A stretch of 64,000 bases of DNA from Dehalococcoidales bacterium (GCA_034429935.1 DAOUFJ010000023.1:9517-73516); one strand, 5' to 3'; positions 30,500 to 41,066 are shown, counted from the first letter of the stretch. Made by a program: numbers and translations. Notes: generated by a model not told the origin, from the sequence alone.

Positions 30500-30913
30500 G
30501 TGAAAGAAGAAGAAAAGAATGAGATCCGGAACTGGGTACAGGAAGTTATGCCTTTATACAGGCAGGCTGAAGCAATAACACGCAATATCGCTCAAGTAGA
30601 TTCGGATGGATTGCCTGTAGATATAGAGAACATGAATGAAATACTGGTTGCTCTTCCGCCGATTCTGCAAAAAGTTAAGAAAATGCCCAAGCCTCAGTAT
30701 AACAAGATTCAGCAATTGCAGAAAGATTTCAGATTGATGCTGGATGCATGTATTAAATCTGCCAAATATAGATTAAAAATCGAGAAAAAGTGGAACCGCT
30801 TATGGTTTTCCACTGCTGTTTTCTGGACTAATTTAGCCATAAGCTTTAAGAAGGCTTTATCCCCTAAAATTGAAAAGATGTTTCGTGATTTCGATAAAGG
30901 AGGCACCCTCTGA
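30500..30913 (+). CDS. Hypothetical protein
   Basis: 137-aa ORF with GTG start; its stop overlaps the purD start. Confidence 0.6.
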   Translation: MKEEEKNEIRNWVQEVMPLYRQAEAITRNIAQVDSDGLPVDIENMNEILVALPPILQKVKKMPKPQYNKIQQLQKDFRLMLDACIKSAKYRLKIEKKWNRLWFSTAVFWTNLAISFKKALSPKIEKMFRDFDKGGTL

Positions 30914-32169
30914 AAGTACTTGTTATCGGTAGCGGAGCCAGGGAGCACTCCCTGGTTTGGAAGCTGGCTCAAAGCTCGAAAGTCAATGAAATATATGCGG
31001 CGCCGGGCAATGCCGGAACGTCTCTCTCGGCACGTAACCTCGATATAAAAGCCGGGGATATCGAATCCCTTGCCGATTTTGCCGTCAAAAATAAAATAGA
31101 TATTACCGTAATCGGCCCTGAAGGCCCCCTGGCGGCAGGGATTGTCGATGAATTCAAATCCAGGGGATTAAGGGTTTTCGGGCCGGATAAAGCCGCTGCC
31201 CGGATCGAAGCCAGCAAGGTATTTGCCAAGAATTTAATGCATAAATATGAAATCCCCTGCGCTAAAAGCGTCAGTTTTTCCTCTTATGATGAAGCTAAAG
31301 AATACCTGTTTAACCAGGAGATGCCGGTTGTTGTTAAGGCTGACGGGCTGGCAGCCGGAAAGGGGGTAACCGTTGCCGAAACAAGGGAACAGGCGTTGCA
31401 GGCGCTCTCGGATATGATGGTTGCCCGTCTCTTCGGAGATGCAGGCAACAGTGTCGTTATCGAAGAGAAAATGGTCGGCAGGGAGATGAGCACTTTCGCT
31501 TTTGCCGATGCCAGTACATCGGTTCCCATGGTTTCCGCCTGTGACCATAAGGCTGTCTACGACGGCAATAAAGGGCCGAATACGGGTGGTATGGGGTGTT
31601 ACAGCCCCCCGTTTTTTCTCACGCCTGCCCTGTCGGCTGAGGTAACTCAAAAGATAATGAATCCGACCATTCAGGCTATGATAAAGGAGAACAGCCCTTA
31701 TCAAGGGGTGCTTTATGGCGGTTTGATGATCACCGAAGAAGGCCCCAAAGTTATGGAGTTCAATGCCCGTTTCGGAGACCCTGAAACCCAGGTGATTCTA
31801 CCGCGTCTGAAATCAGACCTTTTGGAGATAATGCTCGGCGTTGCGGATAATGACCTGAAAAATATAAAGATGGAATGGTCTGATGAAGCATGTGTGGGTG
31901 TGGTGATGGCTTCCGGCGGTTATCCTGGGAGTTTTAAAAAGGGTTTGCCGATAAGTGGATTAAACGACGTGGATAAAGATATAATGGTATTCCATGCCGG
32001 TACCAGGCTTGATTCGTCAGGTAATGTGGTTACCGATGGCGGACGTGTCCTTACGGTTGCAGCGCTGGGTATGACAATCGCCGAAGCACGCGAAAAAGTT
32101 TATAATAATATCTCAAGAATTCACTTCGAAGGGTGCCATTATCGCAGGGATATTGCCCTCTTCGAATAA
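30910..32169 (+). CDS. purD: Phosphoribosylamine--glycine ligase (CTG start)
   Basis: The frame is open from CTG 30910: (M)KVLVIGSGAREH...APGNAG...GPEGPL; KADGLAAGKGV, GPNTGGMG, EFNARFGDPE, GGRVL follow. AGGAGG RBS lies 6 nt upstream. Confidence 0.95.
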   Translation: MKVLVIGSGAREHSLVWKLAQSSKVNEIYAAPGNAGTSLSARNLDIKAGDIESLADFAVKNKIDITVIGPEGPLAAGIVDEFKSRGLRVFGPDKAAARIEASKVFAKNLMHKYEIPCAKSVSFSSYDEAKEYLFNQEMPVVVKADGLAAGKGVTVAETREQALQALSDMMVARLFGDAGNSVVIEEKMVGREMSTFAFADASTSVPMVSACDHKAVYDGNKGPNTGGMGCYSPPFFLTPALSAEVTQKIMNPTIQAMIKENSPYQGVLYGGLMITEEGPKVMEFNARFGDPETQVILPRLKSDLLEIMLGVADNDLKNIKMEWSDEACVGVVMASGGYPGSFKKGLPISGLNDVDKDIMVFHAGTRLDSSGNVVTDGGRVLTVAALGMTIAEAREKVYNNISRIHFEGCHYRRDIALFE

Positions 32170-32198
32170 TGTCTTTAAAATTATAAAGGGGAATAGTT

Positions 32199-32675
32199 AT
32201 GCCGAAAGTTGCCATCATAATGGGTTCCGAATCGGACTCTGAAACAGTAAAACCGGCTGTAGATGCATTGAACATGCTGGGGATAGACCATGAAGTTAAG
32301 GTTATGTCGGCTCACCGCAAGCCTGAAAAGGTGCGGGAGTTCGGTTTATCCGCACGCGATAACGGATTCGAAGTGATAATTGCCGTCGCCGGCGGTGCGG
32401 CCCATTTACCGGGAGTACTTGCCAGCTGGACGACTATCCCCGTAATCGGCGTACCTGTTGCCAGTAGCGAGTTGAAAGGGGTGGATGCCCTTTATTCCAT
32501 GGTGCAGATGCCTGCCGGAATCCCGGTTGCTACGGTAGCTATAGGAACCTCCGGCGCCAAAAATGCCGCTTACCTGGCTGCCGAAATACTGGGATTGAAA
32601 TATGAAAATATCAGAAAAGCCTATGAAGATTACAGGAAAGAGCTTGCAAAAGATAAGGGGGAAGCTGGTAAATGA
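32199..32675 (+). CDS. purE: N5-CAIR mutase
   Basis: MGSESD, SAHR, AGGAAHLPG, VQMPAGIPVATV. Confidence 0.96.
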   Translation: MPKVAIIMGSESDSETVKPAVDALNMLGIDHEVKVMSAHRKPEKVREFGLSARDNGFEVIIAVAGGAAHLPGVLASWTTIPVIGVPVASSELKGVDALYSMVQMPAGIPVATVAIGTSGAKNAAYLAAEILGLKYENIRKAYEDYRKELAKDKGEAGK

Positions 32676-34027
32676 TAGAACGCTATAGCCGTCCGCAGAT
32701 GAAGCAGGTGTGGTCGGATGAGAATAAATTTGCCAGGTGGCTGGATGTCGAAATTGCCGTCTGTGAAGCATGGGCAGACCTCGGGAGGGTTCCCAGGAAC
32801 GCCATCCCCAAGATAAAGATGGCGCGTTTGAATATGAAACGCATGGAGGAAATACTCCAGGAAACGCACCACGATATGACCGCCTTTATCGGCTCCGTTT
32901 CGGAGAGCCTCGGCCCCGAAGCCAGGTTTATTCATCTCGGCATGACATCTTCGGATGTTATGGATACCGCATTGAGCTTACAGCTTGTCGAAGCGTCTGA
33001 CATATTGAATGAGGATATAAAAGGACTTCTCTCGGTACTTGTAGAAAAGGCCATAAAATATAAATATACGGTTATGATAGGCCGTACTCACGGTATTCAT
33101 GCGGAACCGACTTCTTTCGGCCTTAAACTGGCATTGTGGATCGAAGAGATGCAGCGCAATCGACAGAGGCTGGCCGAGGCAACTAAAATGATAGCCGTCG
33201 GCAAAATTTCCGGAGCCGTCGGAACGTACGCCACTTTGTCGCCCGAAATCGAAGAAAAAGCCTGTGCCAAATTGATGTTAAGCCCCGCTTCGATATCGAA
33301 TCAGGTTTTGCAGCGTGACAGGCATGCCCAGTTCGTTACCACTCTGGCTATAATTGCCGGTTCCCTTGAGAAATTCGCCACCGAGATTCGCGGATTGCAG
33401 AAAACGGATACCCGCGAGGTCGAAGAGCCTTTCAGTCAGGGACAGACAGGTTCATCCGCCATGCCGCACAAGAGAAATCCCGAACTTTGCGAAAGGATTT
33501 GCGGTTTAGCCAGGCTGATAAGAGGGTACTCGGTAACCTCTATGGAAAATATCGCTTTGTGGCATGAGAGGGATATCAGCCATTCCTCCACAGAACGGGT
33601 GATAATGCCGGATGCCTGCCTTGCGCTCGATTATATGCTTTCGTTGTTTACCAATATAATGGACGGTCTTCTGGTTTATCCTAAGACCATGGAAAAGAAC
33701 CTCAATAAAACCAAAGGGCTGATATATTCACAGAGGGTAATGCTGTCTTTAATCGATAAAGGTCTCAGCAGGCAGGAAGCATATAAAATGGTTCAGCGGA
33801 ATGCCATGAAGTCATGGGAGGGAGGCAAAGATTTCCTCAAGCTGCTCGAAGCTGACAAAGATGTCGTAGCTGTGTTGCCGCCTGCCGAACTGGAACCGTT
33901 GTTCGATTACAAATATTATTTGAGATACGTGGATGAAATATTCAAGAGGCTGGGATTAACAGAAAGCCAGTGGAAAAAGAAGTATATGGCACTGGAGCCG
34001 AAGCCGTTAGGACCGAGAGCACTATGA
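32672..34027 (+). CDS. purB: Adenylosuccinate lyase
   Basis: MIERYS, GRTHG, GSSAMPHKRNP, HERDISHSS. Confidence 0.97.
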   Translation: MIERYSRPQMKQVWSDENKFARWLDVEIAVCEAWADLGRVPRNAIPKIKMARLNMKRMEEILQETHHDMTAFIGSVSESLGPEARFIHLGMTSSDVMDTALSLQLVEASDILNEDIKGLLSVLVEKAIKYKYTVMIGRTHGIHAEPTSFGLKLALWIEEMQRNRQRLAEATKMIAVGKISGAVGTYATLSPEIEEKACAKLMLSPASISNQVLQRDRHAQFVTTLAIIAGSLEKFATEIRGLQKTDTREVEEPFSQGQTGSSAMPHKRNPELCERICGLARLIRGYSVTSMENIALWHERDISHSSTERVIMPDACLALDYMLSLFTNIMDGLLVYPKTMEKNLNKTKGLIYSQRVMLSLIDKGLSRQEAYKMVQRNAMKSWEGGKDFLKLLEADKDVVAVLPPAELEPLFDYKYYLRYVDEIFKRLGLTESQWKKKYMALEPKPLGPRAL

Positions 34028-34944
34028 AAGCGGGAAAAGACATCTTGTTAAAAACAGAACTTTCGCTGCCTTTATTTATACGCGGTAAAGTACGAGATAC
34101 CTATGATATGGGTGATTACATTCTGATAGTCGTTACAGACAGGATTTCCGCTTTCGACGTAATACTTCCCTGCGGCATTCCACAGAAAGGCAGGGTGCTT
34201 AATCAGTTATCCGCCTTCTGGTTCGACAGGACAAAGGATGTCATTCCGAATCATGTTGTCACTGTCGTAGATGATGCCGCTATTCTTAACGATTACCTGC
34301 CCGAAGAAAAGCAGGGAGAATTTCCTTCTTATCTGAACAAGCGTTCCATGCTGGTCAAAAAAGCCAGGAGGTTGCCTATCGAATGCGTGGTGCGCGGTTA
34401 TATTTCCGGTTCCGCCTGGAGCGAATACCGTAAAAGCGGGACTGTTTCAGGGGTAAAGATGCCGGAAGGATTGCTTGAAAGCCAGAAACTGGAAAACCCG
34501 ATATTTACTCCGACAACCAAAGCCGAACAGGGGCACGATATGCCGATGACTATGTCTGAAGTAGAAAATATGGTAGGCAAATCGCTGGCAGGCGAGATAA
34601 AGGACGCCAGCATCAGGATTTATAATTATGCCATGGAGTATGCCGGAACGCGCGGTTTTATTATCGCCGATACCAAGTTCGAGTTCGGTATCGATGACGG
34701 AAAACTGATTATTATAGATGAAATGCTGACCCCCGATTCCAGCCGTTTCTGGGAAGCGGATAAATATAAGGCAGGGCAATCACAGGACAGCTACGATAAA
34801 CAAATCGTCAGGGATTGGCTCAGCAAGTCCGGCTGGAACAAAGAACCGCCCGGGCCGGTTTTACCGGATGATGTAATCGAAAAGACGGCGCAGCGATATA
34901 TAGAGGCTTATGAAAAGCTGACCGGAAAGAAGTTTAATTATTAG
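34024..34944 (+). CDS. purC: SAICAR synthase
   Basis: ATG 34024 (ATGA overlap with purB); GKVRD, TDRISAFD, ECVVRGY, ADTKFEFG, TPDSSRFW. Confidence 0.96.
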   Translation: MKAGKDILLKTELSLPLFIRGKVRDTYDMGDYILIVVTDRISAFDVILPCGIPQKGRVLNQLSAFWFDRTKDVIPNHVVTVVDDAAILNDYLPEEKQGEFPSYLNKRSMLVKKARRLPIECVVRGYISGSAWSEYRKSGTVSGVKMPEGLLESQKLENPIFTPTTKAEQGHDMPMTMSEVENMVGKSLAGEIKDASIRIYNYAMEYAGTRGFIIADTKFEFGIDDGKLIIIDEMLTPDSSRFWEADKYKAGQSQDSYDKQIVRDWLSKSGWNKEPPGPVLPDDVIEKTAQRYIEAYEKLTGKKFNY

Positions 34945-35016
34945 CTTTTAAGTTATCCTCGGTTGTCATTCAGATTTATCGAAACGATGTGTTTCCTTTT
35001 ATAATCGATAATTCAA

Positions 35017-35050
35017 GCCGTTCGTGGTGAGCTTGTCGAACCATAACGGC
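35017..35050 (+). repeat. REP-like palindromic element
   Basis: GCCGTT-CGTGGTGAGCTTGTCGAACCA-T-AACGGC with inverted ends; related copies at 17717, 54907 and 54945. Confidence 0.65.
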
Positions 35051-35088
35051 GGCGAAAGTCGCATCGTTCATGATGACAACTATAGTAA

Positions 35089-35234
35089 TGTCGTTCAGAA
35101 GTCACAAGGGGTGACTGAAGAATCCGGGGAGTGTGGAGAGACAGTACAGAGGTATCTGCGGCAACAGGCGGGAACACTTCATTAACCACCCGTCCCCAGA
35201 TACTTCGTTCGACCACCACGAACTCAGCATGACA
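35089..35234 (-). repeat. Degenerate REP-doublet-like element
   Basis: Minus strand begins TGTCATGCTGAG...GAAGTATCT and ends GGATTCTTCAGTC...TTCTGAACGACA, two imperfect inverted arms with internal hairpins, between convergent purC and hisB. Confidence 0.5.
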
Positions 35235-35315
35235 GTCAGGTATTGTCATTGATAAATATGGGTGATTTATATTCGCTGTAGTTTGACTACCTTATCACTT
35301 CGCAGGAATAACTGA

Positions 35316-35897
35316 TTACAACTGCCCCTTGGTGCTCGGTAAATCGCCGGAAGTCCTCGGGTCGATTCTGGTTGCGGCACCCAGTGCCCTGCCCAATGCC
35401 TTGAACGTTGCTTCCGTTTTATGATGGTCGTTGGTTCCGTAAAGGATTCTGGCATGCAAATTCATTCTGGACTCGATGGCCAGTGTCTCCAGAAAATGGC
35501 GCACCAGGTCGGTGGGGAAACCGAACATATCGTTGTCGCAAAAAGGAAGATCCAGCACGGCATATCCCCTGCCGCTGAGGTCTATAGCCACAGAAGCCAG
35601 GGCATCGTCCATCGGGACGGTGGCATCGGCCATGCGTGTAATGCCCCGTTTTTCACCCAGTGCTTCGCATAGAGCCTTTCCCATGCATATAGCGACATCC
35701 TCCACCATGTGGTGTATGTCGTCTCCTGTTGCTGATAATGTTATGTCAATTAAGCTGTGCTTCGATAATTGCGACAGGAGATGGTCGAAAATCCGGTTGC
35801 CGGTAACCATTTCATAATCGCCGCATCCGTCTATATCGAGTTTAAGGTTGATATTGGTTTCCTTTGTTTCCCGCTTGATGCTGGAGATTCTGTTCAT
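35316..35897 (-). CDS. hisB: Imidazoleglycerol-phosphate dehydratase
   Basis: [34 protein letters not shown]. Confidence 0.96.
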   Translation of the reverse strand: MNRISSIKRETKETNINLKLDIDGCGDYEMVTGNRIFDHLLSQLSKHSLIDITLSATGDDIHHMVEDVAICMGKALCEALGEKRGITRMADATVPMDDALASVAIDLSGRGYAVLDLPFCDNDMFGFPTDLVRHFLETLAIESRMNLHARILYGTNDHHKTEATFKALGRALGAATRIDPRTSGDLPSTKGQL

Positions 35898-35898
35898 C

Positions 35899-36996
35899 TC
35901 ATAATCCCTCCCCTATTCTATCGAGAGTTTTAATCAGAGCATCGTTTTCTTCCGGTTTGCCGACACTTATTCTCAAACTGTCCTTTAATAACGGGGTGTC
36001 GAAATAACGCACGAGAATGCCGTTTTCCTCGAGCTTCTGCTGTACATCTTTTGCCTTGCCTTTCAATACGGCACATAATATGAAATTCGCTTTTGAAGGA
36101 TAAGGCTTGATCCAGCCGGTTTTTTGCAGCATATCGAATAATCTGTCGCGTTCGGAAGAAATGATTCCGACTTTATCCATCAGGTAATTTTTATCCTTAA
36201 CCGATTCAATGGCGGCCAGCTGTGCTAAAACATTAACACAATAAGGTTCCTTAATCTTTAGCAGTATATTTGCTATTTCTACAGGGAACATGCCGTAACC
36301 GATTCTCAAGCCCGCCAGACCGGCCCATTTGCTGAATGTCCGGAGCACCATTAAATTCTTATATTTGCCTACCAGCGGAGCTACCGTCTCCCCCGTAAAT
36401 TCGAAATAGGCTTCGTCGACCAGAGTCGGTATTCCAAAATCAAGGACTTCGAGGATATCCTTTTTAGGCATGATGGTTCCCGTAGGATTGTTTGGTGTTG
36501 CCAGAAGTATCAGCTTGGTTCTGGAGGTTATAGCCTTCTTTACGGCTTTAACATCCACCATGAAGTTCTCATCCCTTAACACATTGACAGTAGTTCCGGA
36601 CACAAGATTAATGAAGAACTGGAACATGGCAAATGTCGGAATACAGTTGATTACTTCATCGCCTTTGGCAACAAAAAGCCTCATCAGCAGGTCGATAAGC
36701 TGGTCGCTGCCGGCACTGGCGACGATGTGCTCCATGGGCACTCCCGTATATTCCTGAAGATATTTTCTGAGTTCCTGTTGCCCCGAGTCGGGATATACAT
36801 GTATCCCTGAATATCCGGCAAGCGCCTTTCTGACCTTCGGCGAGCACCCGTACGGATTTTCGTTGGCGTCCAGCTTGATTATCTTTTCAACGGGAACAGC
36901 GATTTTCCCCTTGAGCGTTTCCGGTGCCTTGCTTGCCGCATAACCTCCGAAGCTTTTCAATTCTGGGAGTACGAATTTTTCGATTTCTTCTGACAT
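35899..36996 (-). CDS. hisC: Histidinol-phosphate aminotransferase
   Basis: [34 protein letters not shown]. Confidence 0.95.
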   Translation of the reverse strand: MSEEIEKFVLPELKSFGGYAASKAPETLKGKIAVPVEKIIKLDANENPYGCSPKVRKALAGYSGIHVYPDSGQQELRKYLQEYTGVPMEHIVASAGSDQLIDLLMRLFVAKGDEVINCIPTFAMFQFFINLVSGTTVNVLRDENFMVDVKAVKKAITSRTKLILLATPNNPTGTIMPKKDILEVLDFGIPTLVDEAYFEFTGETVAPLVGKYKNLMVLRTFSKWAGLAGLRIGYGMFPVEIANILLKIKEPYCVNVLAQLAAIESVKDKNYLMDKVGIISSERDRLFDMLQKTGWIKPYPSKANFILCAVLKGKAKDVQQKLEENGILVRYFDTPLLKDSLRISVGKPEENDALIKTLDRIGEGL

Positions 36997-37026
36997 GTCA
37001 ATTTCCCTTCCGGTTCTGATATCTTA

Positions 37027-38340
37027 TTATAACCTGATTTCCACGGTTTTCGAGTGTGCCTGTAATCCTTCCGCATTTGCAATCGTCATCGCTACAGGCC
37101 CCAGTCTTTCCAGTTCTTCCCTGGTTACCTTAACCAGATTGGTATATTTAATGAAGTCGGATATATTTAGCGGTGAAGCAAATCTGGCCGTTCCGCTTGT
37201 CGGCAGAGCGTGGCTCGGGCCGGCTACATAATCCCCCATAGCCACCGTCGGCGTATATCCGTAAAATATACAGCCGGCATTGGTTATTTTTTCGATGTAT
37301 GATTCTACATTTGCCATATCCATGCAGAGATGTTCTGGCGCATACATATTGGATAGCTCAATGGCTTCATCCATGCTGTCTACGATTACTATTATTCCGT
37401 TGTTTGCCAGCGATTCGGAGGCGATTTTAAATCTGCTCAATTCCTCCATCTGGGTGTTTATTTCCCTTTCGATTGCTGCAGCGAGCGAAGGCGAATCGGT
37501 AATCAATATCGAGGAAGCCAGCATGTCATGCTCGGCCTGTGCCAGTATCTCGGCTGCAATCAAGTTGGCTCTGGCTTTGATATCGGCGATAATTAACACT
37601 TCGCTGGGTCCCTGCAACCCGTCTATATCTACCGTGCCGAAAACCTGTTTCTTGGCCAGCATAACGAATATGTTGCCGGGCCCGCATATTTTATCTACGC
37701 GTGGAACGGTTTCAGTGCCGTATGCCAGCGCAGCAATAGCCTGAGCCCCGCCGATGGAAAATACACGGTCAACTTCGGCAATATAGGCAGCCGCCAGTGT
37801 AGCTGCCGGGATTTTTCCGTCTTTGCCGGGAGGAGTCACAAGGCATACTTCTTTAACTCCGGCGACCCTGGCAGGAATGGCTGTCATCAGCACCGTTGAC
37901 GGATAGCTTGCCGTTCCGCCGGGGGCATAAACACCAACTCTCTGCAGCGGACGGGCTGAAGTCCCCGGCTTCATTTTTTCGATGCCGCTGAATAAAGCGT
38001 CTCTCTGTAAAACATGAAATGAGCGTACCTGCTCGGCCGCTGTCTTAAGCGCTTCGAGGAGTTCCCTGTTTATACTGTGGTATGCTTCACTTACTTCCCT
38101 TTTCGATACTTCGATTGCAGGGAGGTTTATTTTATCTATTTTAAAAGTATAGCCCTTGACAGCAGAATCGCCGTTTTTACGGACGTTATCGATAATGGTT
38201 CTGACCACCTGTTCGGGGTCTTCAGTTCCGAACATTTCATTCAGGCTGTTTTTCAGTGCCGGCGAGATTGTATAGTCGCCCGATATTACCTGTCTCGACA
38301 GCCGTGTCTTTGCTTCTTCAAACCCCTTTATAATTTTCAT
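37027..38340 (-). CDS. hisD: Histidinol dehydrogenase
   Basis: YAPGG, GGAQAIAALAYG, GPGNIFV, GPSEV, QAEHD, APEHL, GPSHALPT. Confidence 0.97.
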   Translation of the reverse strand: MKIIKGFEEAKTRLSRQVISGDYTISPALKNSLNEMFGTEDPEQVVRTIIDNVRKNGDSAVKGYTFKIDKINLPAIEVSKREVSEAYHSINRELLEALKTAAEQVRSFHVLQRDALFSGIEKMKPGTSARPLQRVGVYAPGGTASYPSTVLMTAIPARVAGVKEVCLVTPPGKDGKIPAATLAAAYIAEVDRVFSIGGAQAIAALAYGTETVPRVDKICGPGNIFVMLAKKQVFGTVDIDGLQGPSEVLIIADIKARANLIAAEILAQAEHDMLASSILITDSPSLAAAIEREINTQMEELSRFKIASESLANNGIIVIVDSMDEAIELSNMYAPEHLCMDMANVESYIEKITNAGCIFYGYTPTVAMGDYVAGPSHALPTSGTARFASPLNISDFIKYTNLVKVTREELERLGPVAMTIANAEGLQAHSKTVEIRL

Positions 38341-38341
38341 T

Positions 38342-39760
38342 TCAGGGCATCTCCATAGCGTTCTTTAGCGCTTTTATCAAGAACTCCATCCTCTCGGTTT
38401 TTTTTGCATTGTTTATCTTCCTGGTACTGCCAATAAGGCAGGCCGTAGATTCGAACAGCTTGTCGATAATCCTCAGGTTGTGGCGTGCAATCGTTCCGCC
38501 TGTTTCGGTATTTTCGATTAGCAAATCGGCATCTTCTGGCAGAAAGCCTTCCGTTGCACCCCATGTAGGGATTATCCGGTATCTGTCCATGCGAATATCC
38601 CTGACATAGTGGTCGGCGATATTGGTATATTCGGTCGCCACCCTGCAGGTAATCTGGTTCTTGCTGCAATATTCACGCCATGAGGAAATATCTTCGATGG
38701 GCAGGTTCTGGTCGATTACCGCCACTATTTTAACCCATCCGTATTTAAGGTCGAGCAATTCCTCGATGGGGCTGTTCGGAAACTGGTATTTGTGGTCGAT
38801 AAGCCAATCCCTCCCCGTAATGGCAAGGTCAAAATTTCCATTGGCTATTTGTAGCGGCATATCCTGCGGCCTGATAACTTTTATAAAATAACCGTCCAGA
38901 TTGCTTGTCGGCCTCCGGTTGCCCGTCTGCGACGGATAGTCATCCACCTTAATTCCTACTTTATCGAAAATACGGCATACATGAGATTGCTGGTGTCCGT
39001 CTGGCAGGGCCAGTCTCACCATGTCGTCATTTACTTTTGCAAATGTTTTGCAGACAGGCTGTTCTGTCCTGTGTATTATGCTGAAGGTTTTTGAAAAATC
39101 CCTGCTATTGACCATTTTATCGATCAGCGACGATAAAATATCGGCCATATTTTTGGATTTCAGGCTGTTGCTGTTGGCAATTAAATACGCCTTGAAATCC
39201 ACTATCTTGTTGATGGGGACAAGCCCCGCATCGAGTATGTCCTTTTCCGATTTTCTGGGTAAAAGAACGATTTCCGCTTCTTCCGGTGGATAGACTTCGG
39301 CGCCGCCCCACAACGGAAATATACTGAACCGCTTGAGACGCAGCTTTTCCGCCAGTGTTTCCGCCAGGTTGGGATATTCGCCGGCTATGCGGGTATTACT
39401 TCTTCTTGCGGAGAGTTTTTCAGGGTCGGACAATTCCCCGGGTAAGGCGGCGGCATATAGCGCGCCCTCTCCGTATCCGAGGTCGGCGATTTTAACGACG
39501 GAGCTGCTCGGGTATTTAACCAGCAATTCTTCTGTCCAGTCCAGTCCACAGATACCGAGGTCATAATTGCCCACAGCTATCTGTATTGGGATATCTTTTT
39601 CCTGCAATACTTTTATTTTTATATCCGGGAATTTCTGTGATTTCAAACGATAATAGCGTAATTTATCGTTGTACCCCTCGATTCTCCATCCGGCGCTTTC
39701 GAGAAGGGCTGCCGTATCGTTTAAAAGCCGTCCTTTGGGCAAAGCAATGTTAAGCGACAT
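38342..39760 (-). CDS. hisG: ATP phosphoribosyltransferase, tandem duplication of the short-form catalytic unit
   Basis: Two HisG repeats: IALPKGRL...DIP...GNYDLGICGLD...RIAGEYP and LALPDGH...RPQDMP...GNFDLAITGRD...RVATEYT...ENTETGGT. Confidence 0.88.
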   Translation of the reverse strand: MSLNIALPKGRLLNDTAALLESAGWRIEGYNDKLRYYRLKSQKFPDIKIKVLQEKDIPIQIAVGNYDLGICGLDWTEELLVKYPSSSVVKIADLGYGEGALYAAALPGELSDPEKLSARRSNTRIAGEYPNLAETLAEKLRLKRFSIFPLWGGAEVYPPEEAEIVLLPRKSEKDILDAGLVPINKIVDFKAYLIANSNSLKSKNMADILSSLIDKMVNSRDFSKTFSIIHRTEQPVCKTFAKVNDDMVRLALPDGHQQSHVCRIFDKVGIKVDDYPSQTGNRRPTSNLDGYFIKVIRPQDMPLQIANGNFDLAITGRDWLIDHKYQFPNSPIEELLDLKYGWVKIVAVIDQNLPIEDISSWREYCSKNQITCRVATEYTNIADHYVRDIRMDRYRIIPTWGATEGFLPEDADLLIENTETGGTIARHNLRIIDKLFESTACLIGSTRKINNAKKTERMEFLIKALKNAMEMP

Positions 39761-40994
39761 CTTCTGTACATCCCAGTAACTTTAGAATTTCGCATGCAGT
39801 ATCCGTATTCGATTTTTCTCCGCCGGCGACATCGGTCAGTACAAACCGGGGGCTGTCATTGTCGACTTCAAGCGTCCATCCGTATTCGGTCTCCTGCTTT
39901 TCGTCGAGCGCCAGCACTATGATATACCCGAAATCACGCAGCATTTCGGATATGGAGAAACCTTCTTCCAGGGCTCCGGGCTTGATTTTTATCAGGATTT
40001 TATTCGCAGCCAATTCCGCCAGCGATTCCGGTTCCAGCAGCTTCATCAACTGGTCCATATAAAGGGCAAATCCGGCAGCCGGTGTAGCCTTGCCCCCCAT
40101 CTGTGGAATAAGAGCGTCGTATCTGCCGCCGCCGCCGATGGTATTCTGTCCTATCAAGAGGTGGAATATCAAACCGGTGTAATATTCAAAACCCTTGCCC
40201 GAGGCAAGGTCTATCCTGTAATCGACGCCGAGTTTTTCCAGCTTTTCGACAATGCCGATAAAATTATCGAGCGGTTCCGATATATTCGCCAGCTTCTTCG
40301 AAGATAGCGCTTTTATATTCTTCAAGAACCCTGATGATTTCCCCTTGAGGCTCAGGAGCAGTGTCAGCGCTTCGACGGTGTCCGGTTTATCCATTTTAAC
40401 GATATCGAGGGCTGAGGTATCGCCTTCCAGTATGCGTGAAAGAATACCTGACTTCTCTTCGGAACTCAATTCGAGGCTGTCCAGCAGGGCTTTTATCAAA
40501 CCTGCATGAGATAACTTAATCTTAATATCGGAGAGACCCAGCTGCCTTAAAACATCGAGCGATAACGATAAAAGTTCGACATCCGAAAGAGCGGTGTTCA
40601 TGCCAATAAGTTCCGCACCGCACTGCCATCTTTCACGCGGTTTTTTTCCTGTTTCCTCGAACATGAAGACATTGGTTACATAGAACAGGCGGGCAAGCCC
40701 GCTTTTTTTGTCATCGATGTAGAACCTTGCCGTCGGAATGGTACCATCCGGTTTTAAAACAACCCTCTCTCCGCTCCAGCCATCCCAATCGAGGAAGGAA
40801 TAAACTTTTCCAAGCATATTGGGTGTTAATGTACCTGCGGATGTAAAGAGGTAGAGATATTCCAGAGTGGGAGTCCGTATCTCGTCATATCCCCAGCCGA
40901 GGCAGCAATCACGGAAAGTATCCTCTACAAAACGAAAAGCCCGCATTTCATCGGGCGAGAGGTCGCTGAAACCCTTACATTTTTCTGCTTTCAT
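39750..40994 (-). CDS. hisZ: ATP phosphoribosyltransferase regulatory subunit
   Basis: HisRS-like fold (TPTLEY, LKPDGT, QCGAELIG, YYTG, GGGRYD), directly upstream of hisG. The start may instead be ATG 41000. Confidence 0.88.
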   Translation of the reverse strand: MKAEKCKGFSDLSPDEMRAFRFVEDTFRDCCLGWGYDEIRTPTLEYLYLFTSAGTLTPNMLGKVYSFLDWDGWSGERVVLKPDGTIPTARFYIDDKKSGLARLFYVTNVFMFEETGKKPRERWQCGAELIGMNTALSDVELLSLSLDVLRQLGLSDIKIKLSHAGLIKALLDSLELSSEEKSGILSRILEGDTSALDIVKMDKPDTVEALTLLLSLKGKSSGFLKNIKALSSKKLANISEPLDNFIGIVEKLEKLGVDYRIDLASGKGFEYYTGLIFHLLIGQNTIGGGGRYDALIPQMGGKATPAAGFALYMDQLMKLLEPESLAELAANKILIKIKPGALEEGFSISEMLRDFGYIIVLALDEKQETEYGWTLEVDNDSPRFVLTDVAGGEKSNTDTACEILKLLGCTEDVA

Positions 40995-41066
40995 ATACAT
41001 TATCCTTCTTATTAGTGTGTAAATTCTACAATAAATATTGCTTCATGTACAAATTTAATACCCCGA

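Noticed and set aside
30910-31237. purD appearing 5'-truncated or pseudogenised in the ORF track
   Set aside because: Manual translation shows an uninterrupted frame from CTG 30910 with the full N-terminal domain.
34945-35315. CRISPR array
   Set aside because: The palindromes are heterogeneous, not regularly spaced direct repeats, and there are no cas genes.
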